Assembly (NCBI GenBank): GCA_049322615.1
Contig: JBMORX010000003.1
Coordinates: forward strand, 3,328-67,327
From: Patescibacteria group bacterium
GTDB lineage: Bacteria > Patescibacteriota > Microgenomatia > CAYGWK01
Length of the DNA: 64,000 bases
Direction of reading: 5' to 3'
Below the pieces are notes generated by a model. The model made no database searches. It saw only the letters and a program-made list of their open reading frames with translations, and was not told the origin of the DNA. This document shows, piece by piece, positions 26,208-35,194 of this stretch. Position numbers and translations under genes: made by a program. Numbering within the stretch: the first letter of the stretch is position 1; every line of letters starts with the position of its first letter.

Positions 26208-28634
26208 TTAGGAGGGAAGATAAGCTGGGACAAAACCAGCAGGTTTTCTAGGCAAAGAGATTTTCTTTTCTTTTTGCTTAAGAAGGACGACTTTTAAAGC
26301 CTCCCCAAGTTCGGAGACAAAAACAAATTTAATATCTTTTTTAACCTTACTTGGAACATCTTCAAGATCCTTTTTATTTTCTTTCGGCAAAATCAAAACT
26401 TTGAGTCCTGCCCGGTGAGCGGCAATAACTTTTTCTTTAACTCCCCCAATCTCCAAAACCCTGCCCCGAAGAGTAATTTCTCCGGTCATGCCAACATCCC
26501 GACGGGTGGGAATTTTCGTCAAAGCCGAAACCAAAGCTGCCGCCATGGCTATCCCGGCTGATGGTCCGTCCTTGGGCACGGCTCCTTCAGGAACATGAAT
26601 GTGAACATCTAAATTCTTTGAGAAATTTTCTCGAAGACCCAAGGTTTCCCAATGACTTCTGGCAAAAGAAAAAGCTGCCTGAGCTGATTCCTTCATTACT
26701 TCTCCTAAATGTCCGGTTAAGACAAGATTGCCCTTCCCAGGCATCAAAGCCGCCTCAATGAAAAGAATCTCTCCCCCAGCCTCAGTCCAAGCCAGTCCAG
26801 TGGCCATCCCTACCTCATTTTTCTTCTCCGCCAAGGTTGAGGAATATTTCTGCGGACCTAAAAACTTTCGGGTCTCTAGCATATCAATCTCTTCTTTCAC
26901 TCTTTTTCCTTCTGCTTTTTTCTTTGCCACCTTTCGCAAGATTGTCGCGAGCATTCGCTCAAGTTCCCGAACCCCTGCCTCTCTGGTATAGCGGCGAATT
27001 ACCTCATAAAGTGCCCTAGAGGTAATTTTTATTTTCTCTAGACCATGGGCTTTAACCTGCTTTGGCCAAAGAAATTGCCTGCCAATATTAAATTTTTCTT
27101 CTTCGGTATAGCCGGGAAAGCTGATAACTTCAAGTCTATCTCGAAGGGCTGGAGGGACGGTGTCTAAAATATTACCAGTACAAATAAACATTACCTCAGA
27201 TAAATCAAATGGGACCTCAAGATAATGATCAGAGAACTCTTTATTTTGTTCAGGGTCTAAAGCCTCCAGGAGTGCAGCCGATGGGTCGCCCCGAAAATCA
27301 ATTCCGACTTTGTCAATTTCATCAAGCATAAAAACAGGATTTTTGGTCCCGGCGTTTCTCATTCCCTGAATTATTCTGCCCGGTAAAGCGCCAACATAAG
27401 TCCGCCTGTGTCCGCGAATTTCTGCTTCATCTCGAATTCCTCCCAAAGAAATCCGAATAAATTTTCGTCCTAACGCTTTAGCGATTGATTTTCCGATTGA
27501 AGTTTTTCCCACCCCCGGAGGTCCGATAAAACAAAGAATTGAGGGCGTCCCGACTTCCTCCCTCTGCGTTTTTGCGCCCGCAAGAGTTTTGCGTCTTTGC
27601 GTTTTCAGCTTCATCACCGCCAAGTACTCAACTACCCGTTCCTTTACTTTCTTTAAACCATAGTGATCTTGTTCTAAAATCTTGGCTGCTCGACTAATAC
27701 TAGTATTATTTGGGGTTGCTCGAGTCCAAGGCATAGAAGTTATCCAATCAAGCCAGTTTTCAATGTACGGTCGTTCAGGAGACATAGGAGGCATTTGGGC
27801 AAAACGAGAAAGTTCTTTCTCAACTTTTTTTCTCGCCTCCAAAGGCAAACGGGACTGGCGAATTTTTTGTTTGAATTCTCTAACTTGTTCGTCTTCCTCT
27901 CCGCCAAGTTCTCCAAGCTCTTTCTCAATTGTTTTCTTCCGCTCCCGCAAGACTGCTTCTTTCATCTCTTTTTCAAACCGGACTTGGGTTTTAGTGGCAA
28001 TTGAGCGTTCAAGTTCTAAAATTTTGATTTCATGGTTAAGATATTCAGCCACTTTATTAAGCCTCTGGGAAACAACCGCCAAGTCCAAAAGTCCTTGTTT
28101 TTCCTCAGTTTTTAAGTCTAAACTTGAAGCAATTTGGTCAGCCAACTCCGCCGGAGAAACCCCAGAGGAAAGTCTCATTAAAACCATAATATCGATTGGT
28201 TTCCCAAGATTAAAAGCCTTGCGATATTGATTAATTAAATGACTTGACAAAGCCTTAACTTCATCCGATTCCTCGATAATTTCCGGAACTTCACTTACCC
28301 TAACCAAAATAAAGGGGTCGGTTGAGATTACTTCCTCAAGCCTTATCCGACCTACTCCTCGGGCAATTGCCGTGACGCTTCCGTCTATCTCAAGGGTATT
28401 TTCTAAAACAACAAGGGTGCCAATTTGATAAAGATCTTCTTTTCCTGGCTCCACTACCCTTGGGTCTTTCTGGGTAAAGACTGCCAAAAGTCTTTCGGCT
28501 GAACCACTAAAAGCAGCCTTGACGGCACTGTTTGACCGTGGTCGACCAAAAGTAAGAGGGACCTCGGTGTAGGGAAAAACCACACTGTCTCGAAGAGCTA
28601 CTGCAGGAATAATTTTTTCTGATTGGTCTGTCAT
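26208..28634 (-). CDS. lon: ATP-dependent Lon protease
   Basis: It has the Lon N-terminal domain, AAA+ Walker A (GPPGVGKTS) and the C-terminal Ser-Lys protease domain ([20 protein letters not shown]). Confidence 0.9.
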   Translation of the reverse strand: MTDQSEKIIPAVALRDSVVFPYTEVPLTFGRPRSNSAVKAAFSGSAERLLAVFTQKDPRVVEPGKEDLYQIGTLVVLENTLEIDGSVTAIARGVGRIRLEEVISTDPFILVRVSEVPEIIEESDEVKALSSHLINQYRKAFNLGKPIDIMVLMRLSSGVSPAELADQIASSLDLKTEEKQGLLDLAVVSQRLNKVAEYLNHEIKILELERSIATKTQVRFEKEMKEAVLRERKKTIEKELGELGGEEDEQVREFKQKIRQSRLPLEARKKVEKELSRFAQMPPMSPERPYIENWLDWITSMPWTRATPNNTSISRAAKILEQDHYGLKKVKERVVEYLAVMKLKTQRRKTLAGAKTQREEVGTPSILCFIGPPGVGKTSIGKSIAKALGRKFIRISLGGIRDEAEIRGHRRTYVGALPGRIIQGMRNAGTKNPVFMLDEIDKVGIDFRGDPSAALLEALDPEQNKEFSDHYLEVPFDLSEVMFICTGNILDTVPPALRDRLEVISFPGYTEEEKFNIGRQFLWPKQVKAHGLEKIKITSRALYEVIRRYTREAGVRELERMLATILRKVAKKKAEGKRVKEEIDMLETRKFLGPQKYSSTLAEKKNEVGMATGLAWTEAGGEILFIEAALMPGKGNLVLTGHLGEVMKESAQAAFSFARSHWETLGLRENFSKNLDVHIHVPEGAVPKDGPSAGIAMAAALVSALTKIPTRRDVGMTGEITLRGRVLEIGGVKEKVIAAHRAGLKVLILPKENKKDLEDVPSKVKKDIKFVFVSELGEALKVVLLKQKEKKISLPRKPAGFVPAYLPS

Positions 28635-28678
28635 AGTGAGTTTAGACTTCGGCTGAGCTCAGTCGAAGCCCCGAACCA

Positions 28679-28705
28679 TTAGCAGTCTATCACATTAATT
28701 GCTAA
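28679..28705. promoter_or_regulatory. CIRCE-like inverted repeat TTAGCA-N15-TGCTAA (TTAGCAGTC-N9-AATTGCTAA) in the lon leader; candidate HrcA operator
   Basis: It has the geometry of the CIRCE consensus TTAGCACTC-N9-GAGTGCTAA. The outer hexamers are perfect and the inner triplets diverge. It lies 45-70 nt upstream of the lon start. Confidence 0.5.
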
Positions 28706-28749
28706 AAAGCAATAGGTATTCGTAACACATCTAAATTCCGCCAGTCTCA

Positions 28750-28832
28750 CACGAATTTACACGAATCTGGCGACCACGTATCTTAGTTCTACCCCAAAAG
28801 GCAGTTTGGTCGCCTCACGAATTAACACGAAT
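28750..28832. promoter_or_regulatory. Two pairs of CACGAAT heptad direct repeats (CACGAAT-TTA-CACGAAT at 28750-28766, CACGAAT-TAA-CACGAAT at 28816-28832) in the lon upstream region
   Basis: I read them directly. The heptad-N3-heptad architecture resembles CtsR-type operators (GGTCAAA-NAN-GGTCAAA), but the sequence differs. Confidence 0.4.
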
Positions 28833-28969
28833 TTTGAGCCACCTTCAAGATGGTGAGGGCACAACTTTTGCGCCGAGTTTAATGTGACAGGGGACGTCTG
28901 ACGTCCCAGGCTTGCGCCATCCGAAAACAGCGCCACCAGACTCCTGGAATCTCTATCTAAGCAAGCCGT

Positions 28970-28988
28970 GTCCCGATTTAATCGGGAC
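28970..28988. terminator. Hairpin GTCCCGAT-TTA-ATCGGGAC downstream of the L,D-transpeptidase gene
   Basis: It is a perfect 8-bp inverted repeat with the same core as 14690 and 49379. Confidence 0.5.
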
Positions 28989-29035
28989 GTCATCTCTAAA
29001 CTCAAGCAACAAGTTCGTGCCCGAACCAAAACAAC

Positions 29036-29692
29036 TCATTCATGAATCACAATCCTTGTTCCGGGATTATCTCCAGTTGCCCTAATAGCGTTTAAAGCAT
29101 CAACCGAAGGGGTTGTCCAGTAAAAGAGTCTCTCTGCTACTGGTGTTGGCAAATTAACACATCCGTGACTCATTGTCCGACCAAAATTATTATGCCAATA
29201 GGTTCCATGAAGCCCAAAACCATTATGAAAATACATGATATAGGGAACATTGGGTAGATAATAATAACTATGGGTACCTTTTTCGCCTCCCTCCATTTTA
29301 GCGTACTTAAACTTGCTCCAGATGCGAAATTCACCGGTAATGGTTGGTGTCCAAGGTTTGCCCGAGGAAATCAAAGTCTCCAGAAAAAGATTATTTCCCT
29401 CCCAGGCGCGAAGTTTTTGTTCGGATAAATCAACCTCAATCCATTTTTCTACCCCGGTTTTCTCACCTAAAACTTTTCTCTCGCTTGGCGAAAGCTCCCA
29501 CCTGGCTAAAGGTGCTTGAATTTTCTTTCCTTCAAAATAGGCTTGGGTCTCCCCAAACTGAAATTCTCCAGTTCCTTGACAATAACAGCCAGGTTTCTCA
29601 AGCAGAAATTTCTGGCTTGAGAAAAATAAAACAAAAACAGCCATAAATAAGGCCGTCGGAAGAAGAATTAAGAAAAAATTTTTCTGTTGCAT
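29036..29692 (-). CDS. L,D-transpeptidase (YkuD family) with an N-terminal membrane anchor
   Basis: It has the catalytic motif SHGCVNLP and an N-terminal TM helix. Confidence 0.75.
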   Translation of the reverse strand: MQQKNFFLILLPTALFMAVFVLFFSSQKFLLEKPGCYCQGTGEFQFGETQAYFEGKKIQAPLARWELSPSERKVLGEKTGVEKWIEVDLSEQKLRAWEGNNLFLETLISSGKPWTPTITGEFRIWSKFKYAKMEGGEKGTHSYYYLPNVPYIMYFHNGFGLHGTYWHNNFGRTMSHGCVNLPTPVAERLFYWTTPSVDALNAIRATGDNPGTRIVIHE

Positions 29693-29773
29693 AAATCCAT
29701 ATTAACATGAAGAATTTTATCTTGACAAGAGGAGTTTTAGGAAATAATTAGGAAATAATAGGATTTTAAGCCA

Positions 29774-29826
29774 CAAAAAAAGCGCCGGGAAAAACGTAGC
29801 AAGTGTCTGCTACACCACGGCGCTCT
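29774..29826 (-). terminator. Rho-independent terminator for the small-ORF pair on the minus strand
   Basis: The minus-strand RNA reads AGCGCCG...(nested GUAGCA/UGCUAC)...CGGCGCU followed by UUUUUUU. Confidence 0.55.
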
Positions 29827-29871
29827 TCTTGCACCATTCGATTTGCGGAAAATTGACCGTATGTCTGCCTC

Positions 29872-30180
29872 CTACTTCTTGACTTCGATCACTTCGCCGT
29901 CTGGACCGGTGATGGTGAGCCTGCGGAGACGCGGATGGGTCTTGAAGTCATTGGCCTCGACGAACTCTTCCAGCGCCTCTCTGGTCATACCACGCACCAC
30001 GATTTCCTCGCTACCACCGTGCATCAACACGAACGCCACCTCCATGAACTCAGGGGGGCGGAAGTTCGCGTCAAGCCTGTAAGGCATCGAAGGGTCGTCG
30101 GCGATGTTTGTGCCGCCGGTTTGATAAATCAGCTTCAGACCAGGAATAACGTCGGACATCTTGTGCCTCCTGTTACTCAT
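29872..30180 (-). CDS. Hypothetical protein (102 aa) in the high-GC segment; second gene of a two-gene cassette
   Basis: The local GC content is about 58 percent. It overlaps the upstream ORF by 8 nt (ATGAGTAA-type overlap). I recognised no family. Confidence 0.4.
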   Translation of the reverse strand: MSNRRHKMSDVIPGLKLIYQTGGTNIADDPSMPYRLDANFRPPEFMEVAFVLMHGGSEEIVVRGMTREALEEFVEANDFKTHPRLRRLTITGPDGEVIEVKK

Positions 30181-30370
30181 TCTCGACTTCGCGCACGATT
30201 TCGAGTCCGTAGTGCTGTGTCAAGATGAACTTGACGAATCCCAACGCGTTTGCGTCGTGCACTCGGACTTCCCACGTTCCGTCAGCTTCCTGAACCGGCA
30301 ACCCCTGAGGGAGCGGCGCAACGAATGAGGCGGGTGTTTGAACAACCAGATGGTCGTCAATTCGCTTCAT
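30173..30370 (-). CDS. Hypothetical protein (65 aa) in the high-GC segment; first gene of the cassette
   Basis: It has the same orientation as, and overlaps, 29872-30180. The size and arrangement resemble a toxin-antitoxin pair, but the family is not recognised. Confidence 0.35.
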   Translation of the reverse strand: MKRIDDHLVVQTPASFVAPLPQGLPVQEADGTWEVRVHDANALGFVKFILTQHYGLEIVREVENE

Positions 30371-30838
30371 TACCTGCGGCGTGGTGTAACCACTACACTA
30401 CCAGGAGGAGCTTTGACGTAGAGCTGATACCACTTACCGAACATGTTTATTCTCCTTTCGATGAGATGATGGACAGATCGTCCAGCTTCCGAATGGATAG
30501 CGCTTTAGACACTAGCGGTAATGCCCAAAGTGCTACCCACTCGGTAAGGAGGTTATATTTATTTCTTCCGACCCGCCAAACGGGTCAGGAACGTTCGACG
30601 TTCCGCAAACTATTAAGGTGCAAGAACAATAAATTACCCTGAATTAAGCAAAAAATAGGTTGCTTTATACCTACCCTTACTTAAATCAATGCCAGAAGTA
30701 TACCATAGAAAAAACAAAAAGTCAATTATTATAGGGTTGGGTGCTGAATTTGGCTATTTTGGTTTTGGAATTTTGGCTTCATTCAGAAGGCGGAGAATTA
30801 GTAAGCGTCCCATCGATATCAAAAATTGCCAGATTCAT

Positions 30839-30912
30839 TGGCTGCCCAGCCTCGATTCGAACGAGGATTAGATGGTCCAGAGCCATCTGGCCTACCGTTA
30901 GCCGACCGGGCA
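30839..30912 (-). tRNA. tRNA-Gln (anticodon CUG), CCA encoded
   Basis: I folded it manually. The acceptor is UGCCCGG/CUGGGCA, the anticodon stem is GAUGG/CCAUC with loop CUCUGGA, the T-arm is CCUCG-UUCGAAU-CGAGG, the discriminator is G and the 3' end is CCA. Confidence 0.75.
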
Positions 30913-30975
30913 ATCAGGCTCAATTTTACCATTTACCACTTGACTAATCAATTTTTCCTATGTCAAAATACGATT

Positions 30976-31239
30976 ATGCTCACCAGAAAAGATTTAAAAG
31001 AGGAAATTGAAATTGCCGTTGCTCATATCAGTCAGGTGCTTACCAAGGCGCTTGCAACTTTGGCGACCAAAGAAGAACTCGCTAAAGTTGAAACGAGACT
31101 TGAGAATATTGAGACAGATGTTAGGGATATCAAAAGAGACGTCAGGGATTTGAAAGCGGACACGCCAACTGCTAAAGAATTTCAAAACCACGAAAAGAGA
31201 ATTACAAACTTAGAAAAACGGTCTTCACTTCTTAATTAG
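30976..31239 (+). CDS. Small coiled-coil protein (paralog of 7611-7901), start at the internal Met
   Basis: It reads MLTRKDLKEEIEIAV... with a heptad-rich tail. The tracked ORF begins inside the tRNA. A TTGACT-N18-CAAAAT promoter-like sequence abuts the ATG. Confidence 0.45.
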   Translation: MLTRKDLKEEIEIAVAHISQVLTKALATLATKEELAKVETRLENIETDVRDIKRDVRDLKADTPTAKEFQNHEKRITNLEKRSSLLN

Positions 31240-32514
31240 AGAAATTACTTCCCGGAGTCGTTTTAGGGTTTTTTCGCGACCGAGAATTTCGACTGAATCA
31301 GTAATTGGAGGAGTTATCTTCGAACCAGCAATGGCGACTCGGAAATTCATAAAAAATTCTCCGGTTTTCCAGCCTTTTTCTTTAACAAGTTCTTGGAGAA
31401 CTTGCTCCAGATTTTTCTTATCCCAGGTTTTTAGTTTTTCTAAAACTTCAAGTGCTAAAGACAACTGTCCTTTGGCATTTTTTTCAAAAAGTTTTTTCTC
31501 AACCTTTGGTTCTTTAAAGAAAAATCCAGCTAAGACAGAATAATCTGAAAGTTTATTTAATCTTTCTTTAACTAACAGGATAGTTTGATTAATTAAAGTG
31601 GGGCTTGCACCTTTCGGAGCAAATGGTTTAATTAATTGAAGTAGCTGGCTATCAGATTTTTTTCTGATATAAACACCGTTTAACCAATCAAGTTTTTGAA
31701 AATTAAAAATTGGGGCAGTGGTCACCACTCTTTCAAAACTAAAAAGTTTTATAAATTCCTCTAAAGAGAAGATATCTTTTTCTTCTGGATGAGACCAGCC
31801 TAAAAGGCTCAAGAAATTAATCAAGGCTTCGGGTAAATAGCCTTGCTCTTGATACCAAGATAAAGCAATTGGGTTTTCTCTTTTTGAGATTTTTGATCGA
31901 TCAGGATTTCTTAGAATTGGCATGTGGGCAAAAATTGGCGGTTTTTCACCTAATGCTTGATAGACCAGGAGCTGACGCGGAGTATTTGAAATATGTTCTT
32001 CGGCTCTGATAACATGGGAAATCTTCATCAGGAGATCATCAACCACACAAGCAAAATTATAAGTTGGAAACCCATCTGATTTTAACAAAACAAAATCCTC
32101 AATATTTTCATTTTTGAAAGAGATTTTTCCTCGAACCAAATCATCCCAAGAAATTTCGCCAGTTTTGGGGACCCGAAGACGAACCGCTCCTTCATCTTCA
32201 AAGGCAAGTTTTTTATTCAAAAGTTTCTGGCAAGTTTTTTGGTACAAAGAAAGACGCTCTGATTGGCGATACGGACCAAAAGGACCACCAATATCGGGTC
32301 CTTCATCATAGAGCAAACCTAGCCATTTTAGACCATCGAAAATTGCCTTCTCCGCTTCAGGAATATGGCGCTTAACATCAGTGTCTTCAATCCGGAGAAT
32401 AAACTTGCCTTTATTTTGGTGGGCAAAAGCAAAATTAAAAAGTGAAATATAAGCAGTCCCAACATGGGCAAAACCCGTTGGCGAAGGAGCAATTCTAACT
32501 CTAACTTTCTTCAT
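31225..32514 (-). CDS. gltX: Glutamyl-tRNA synthetase (short, probably non-discriminating type)
   Basis: It has the HIGH motif (PSPTGFAHVG) and the KMSKS-like KISKR motif. It lies near tRNA-Gln and tRNA-Glu. Confidence 0.85.
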   Translation of the reverse strand: MKKVRVRIAPSPTGFAHVGTAYISLFNFAFAHQNKGKFILRIEDTDVKRHIPEAEKAIFDGLKWLGLLYDEGPDIGGPFGPYRQSERLSLYQKTCQKLLNKKLAFEDEGAVRLRVPKTGEISWDDLVRGKISFKNENIEDFVLLKSDGFPTYNFACVVDDLLMKISHVIRAEEHISNTPRQLLVYQALGEKPPIFAHMPILRNPDRSKISKRENPIALSWYQEQGYLPEALINFLSLLGWSHPEEKDIFSLEEFIKLFSFERVVTTAPIFNFQKLDWLNGVYIRKKSDSQLLQLIKPFAPKGASPTLINQTILLVKERLNKLSDYSVLAGFFFKEPKVEKKLFEKNAKGQLSLALEVLEKLKTWDKKNLEQVLQELVKEKGWKTGEFFMNFRVAIAGSKITPPITDSVEILGREKTLKRLREVISLIKK

Positions 32515-32586
32515 TTCACCTTGATTTTAACACAAGGTAACTTTATACTCAAAATACAGGCCTATTCATCCTGAGCCTGTCGAAGA

Positions 32587-33639
32587 ATGGCTACTTTAAC
32601 GGAAACTGCCTACTATACTCGCAAAGGAATAAAATACGGCGCGATTGCTCTGGTAGTCTTTTTAGTCTTTCGGTTTATTTGGGGAATAACTTCTGCCTAT
32701 CTTCGGAAAATCCATCCTCCACCTCCCCCTCCGCCAACGGTTTCTTTTGGAAAATTGCCAAAGATTGATTTTCCCAAAAAAGAGGGCTTACCAACACTCT
32801 CTTTTAAACTTGAGACCATTCAGGGAGCTGTTCCAAAACTTGACAGTATCAGTAAGGTCTATTTTTCGGTCAAACCCGGAGCCACTCTTCTTTCTTTAGA
32901 CCGAGCCAAAGAAACTGCCAAAAAAATGGGGTTTTCCACCAATCCCCAAGCTCTTTCCTCAAAAACCTACCGCTTTCAAACTCAGACAACTCCTCCAACC
33001 AGCCTTGATATTGATATCATCACTTTAAACTTTAAACTTTATTATGATTTCTCAAGCGATCAAACCATTTTAACTGAAAAAAAGTTACCCTCAAATGACC
33101 AGGCAATATCTGAAGCAAAAAGTTTTCTTTCCTCTGCAGGGCTTCTTGCTCAAGATTTGTCTTTGGGCAAAGCCCAAGTCTCCTATCTTAAATATCAAGC
33201 TCCAAACCTTATGCCGGCAATTTCTCTATCCGAGGCTGACTTTGTCAAAGTGGGACTTTTTAGAGAAGATTTAGGAGGTCTCCCAATTTTACCCGAAAAC
33301 CCCAAAGAAGGTTCTATTACTTTCCTTTTTTCAGGGGCGCGAGCAAGAGAAAAAAGAATCGTTGAAATAAACTATAATTACAATAAAATTGAAAGAGAAA
33401 GTTTTGCTACCTATCCCCTAAAGTCTGCCCAAACAGCCTGGCAAGAGCTTCAAGGCGGGAAGGGATTTATTGCCTCTCTTGGAGAAAATACTGATGGTAA
33501 GATAACGGTCAGAAAAGTATATCTTGCCTATTTTGACTCTCCCCAACCCCAAAATTTTCTCCAGCCAATTTTTGTTTTCGAGGGAGACAGAGATTTTTTT
33601 GCTTATGTCTCCGCGGTTGATTCCAAATGGATCGAATAG
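32587..33639 (+). CDS. Hypothetical membrane-anchored protein with a poly-Pro stretch
   Basis: It has an N-terminal TM helix followed by PPPPPPPT. I found no motif. Confidence 0.45.
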   Translation: MATLTETAYYTRKGIKYGAIALVVFLVFRFIWGITSAYLRKIHPPPPPPPTVSFGKLPKIDFPKKEGLPTLSFKLETIQGAVPKLDSISKVYFSVKPGATLLSLDRAKETAKKMGFSTNPQALSSKTYRFQTQTTPPTSLDIDIITLNFKLYYDFSSDQTILTEKKLPSNDQAISEAKSFLSSAGLLAQDLSLGKAQVSYLKYQAPNLMPAISLSEADFVKVGLFREDLGGLPILPENPKEGSITFLFSGARAREKRIVEINYNYNKIERESFATYPLKSAQTAWQELQGGKGFIASLGENTDGKITVRKVYLAYFDSPQPQNFLQPIFVFEGDRDFFAYVSAVDSKWIE

Positions 33640-33642
33640 GCT

Positions 33643-34620
33643 TCAACCCGGTGTCTCCCAACTAAAGTTTCCAAAAACCCAATCAAGAAGTTTTTCTGTT
33701 TCTCCAAAACGATCCTGGCTCCCCAAAACAACAGTGATAACTTTTCTTCCGTCTCGCTCATCAATGCCAACAAGACATTCTCCAGCATTAATGGTCCAAC
33801 CAGTTTTAATCCCCTTAATCCCCGGAATTTTTCCCAAAAGCACATTAATATTACTCATTGGGTGACTAATTTTTGAGTCAGAAGAATAGACGACAACCTT
33901 ATCAGTGGCAACAATTCGGGCAAAAACTGGATTTTGGATGGCACTTTTTGCCAGTCTGGCTAAATCAGACGCTGAAGTATATTCTCCCTCCTCGTCTATT
34001 CCAGTTGGATTAACAAAATAAGTATTTGCAAGCTTTAAGCTCTTTGCTTTTTGGTTCATCTCCTCAATAAAATTAGTCCTACCTCCAGGATAGTTTGCCG
34101 CCAGGGTCTCTGCCGCATCATTGGCTGAAGCCACAAGTAGGGCATATAAAAGATTTTCGACTGTCATTTTTTCTCCTTTTTGAAGTTTAATATCCTGTCC
34201 CTCCCTAAAAACATCTGGGACCTCAAGAACTTGCTCTTGAGGATAATAGTCCAAGGAAACTAAAGCAGTCATTATTTTGGTGGTCGAAGCCGGCAGAAGT
34301 TTTAAATTTGGATTTTTCTCATACATGACTACCCAAGAAGGGAGATCAACGACAAGAGCAGATTTTGCCGAAAGAAGAGGCGCAGGAGCGCCGGTTCTGT
34401 TTTTTGGAATTGGGAAAGGTTGAGGAATAACAAAATGAGAGGCTTGAACTTTTGGATTTTGCCAAGAAAGCCTAAGGGTATCGTAATAACCCTGTCCTGG
34501 GAGTAAAAAGACCACAAAGAAGGTTAGAAGAAAATTAAATCCAGAAAGTTTTTTCTTCCACAAAAATAAAAAGAACTTTTTAAGATTTTTAATCTCTTTT
34601 AAAGTCTTTTTTTTAATCAT
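33643..34620 (-). CDS. D-alanyl-D-alanine carboxypeptidase (S11, PBP5/6-like)
   Basis: It has SxxK (ASTTKIMT), SxN (SANDAAE) and KTG (KTGWT) motifs and an N-terminal TM helix. Confidence 0.75.
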   Translation of the reverse strand: MIKKKTLKEIKNLKKFFLFLWKKKLSGFNFLLTFFVVFLLPGQGYYDTLRLSWQNPKVQASHFVIPQPFPIPKNRTGAPAPLLSAKSALVVDLPSWVVMYEKNPNLKLLPASTTKIMTALVSLDYYPQEQVLEVPDVFREGQDIKLQKGEKMTVENLLYALLVASANDAAETLAANYPGGRTNFIEEMNQKAKSLKLANTYFVNPTGIDEEGEYTSASDLARLAKSAIQNPVFARIVATDKVVVYSSDSKISHPMSNINVLLGKIPGIKGIKTGWTINAGECLVGIDERDGRKVITVVLGSQDRFGETEKLLDWVFGNFSWETPG

Positions 34621-34687
34621 TTCTTAAACCAGATCCTTATGTGTCTACCTGTCCCACACCCGGTGTGTGATAGCTTGACACATAAGG

Positions 34688-35155
34688 TTATATTGCAAAG
34701 TCACCTAAAGAGGGCTTAACTAAACAAAAATAATCTTGATATTTCATTCTGATAGATTTCGTATGAAGACCAGCATTAAAAACTATCTCCTGATTTCTTC
34801 CCAAAGATTTGTCAACATAAACTGGCAAATTATGTAAATTACCCAAAGGATGAACAGCGCCAATCTGGAGTCCCGTCAATTGCACCACTTCTTCAGGTGT
34901 TGCCATCCGTAAATCATCAATCTTTTCTACCTCTTTAAACCGTCCGATATCCACCTTTTTGTCCCCTGGTACCACAATCATTATTGGTTTGCCGTCGGCG
35001 ACAAAAATCAGGGCTTTGGCTCCTCCTTTAAGACTTGAGCCGCGAACCTTAGCCGCCTGCTCACTAGTATAAACCGGTTCGTGTTCAAAAAGATAATAGT
35101 TAATTTTATTAGCCTGAAGTAATCTAATAATCTCTTCAAAAACAACCTGGCTCAT
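34688..35155 (-). CDS. YbaK/ProX-type aminoacyl-tRNA deacylase domain protein
   Basis: It is about 155 aa and has a GAKALIFV...IGAVHPLG pattern typical of the YbaK deacylase fold. Confidence 0.55.
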   Translation of the reverse strand: MSQVVFEEIIRLLQANKINYYLFEHEPVYTSEQAAKVRGSSLKGGAKALIFVADGKPIMIVVPGDKKVDIGRFKEVEKIDDLRMATPEEVVQLTGLQIGAVHPLGNLHNLPVYVDKSLGRNQEIVFNAGLHTKSIRMKYQDYFCLVKPSLGDFAI

Positions 35156-35170
35156 CGCTGATTCATCCCC

Positions 35171-35188
35171 TGATACTCATATATCAAT
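35171..35188. promoter_or_regulatory. AT-rich inverted repeat TCATATAT-CA-ATATATGA between aspS and the ybaK-like gene
   Basis: I read it directly. It is related to the perfect palindrome at 43293-43316. Confidence 0.4.
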
Positions 35189-35194
35189 ATATGA

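Noticed and set aside
29935-30642. Plus-strand ORFs 29935-30228 and 30250-30642 inside the high-GC segment
   Set aside because: They are antisense to the co-oriented, overlapping and terminator-bounded minus-strand pair. Long ORFs in all frames are expected in a 58 percent GC insert, and they have no start context.
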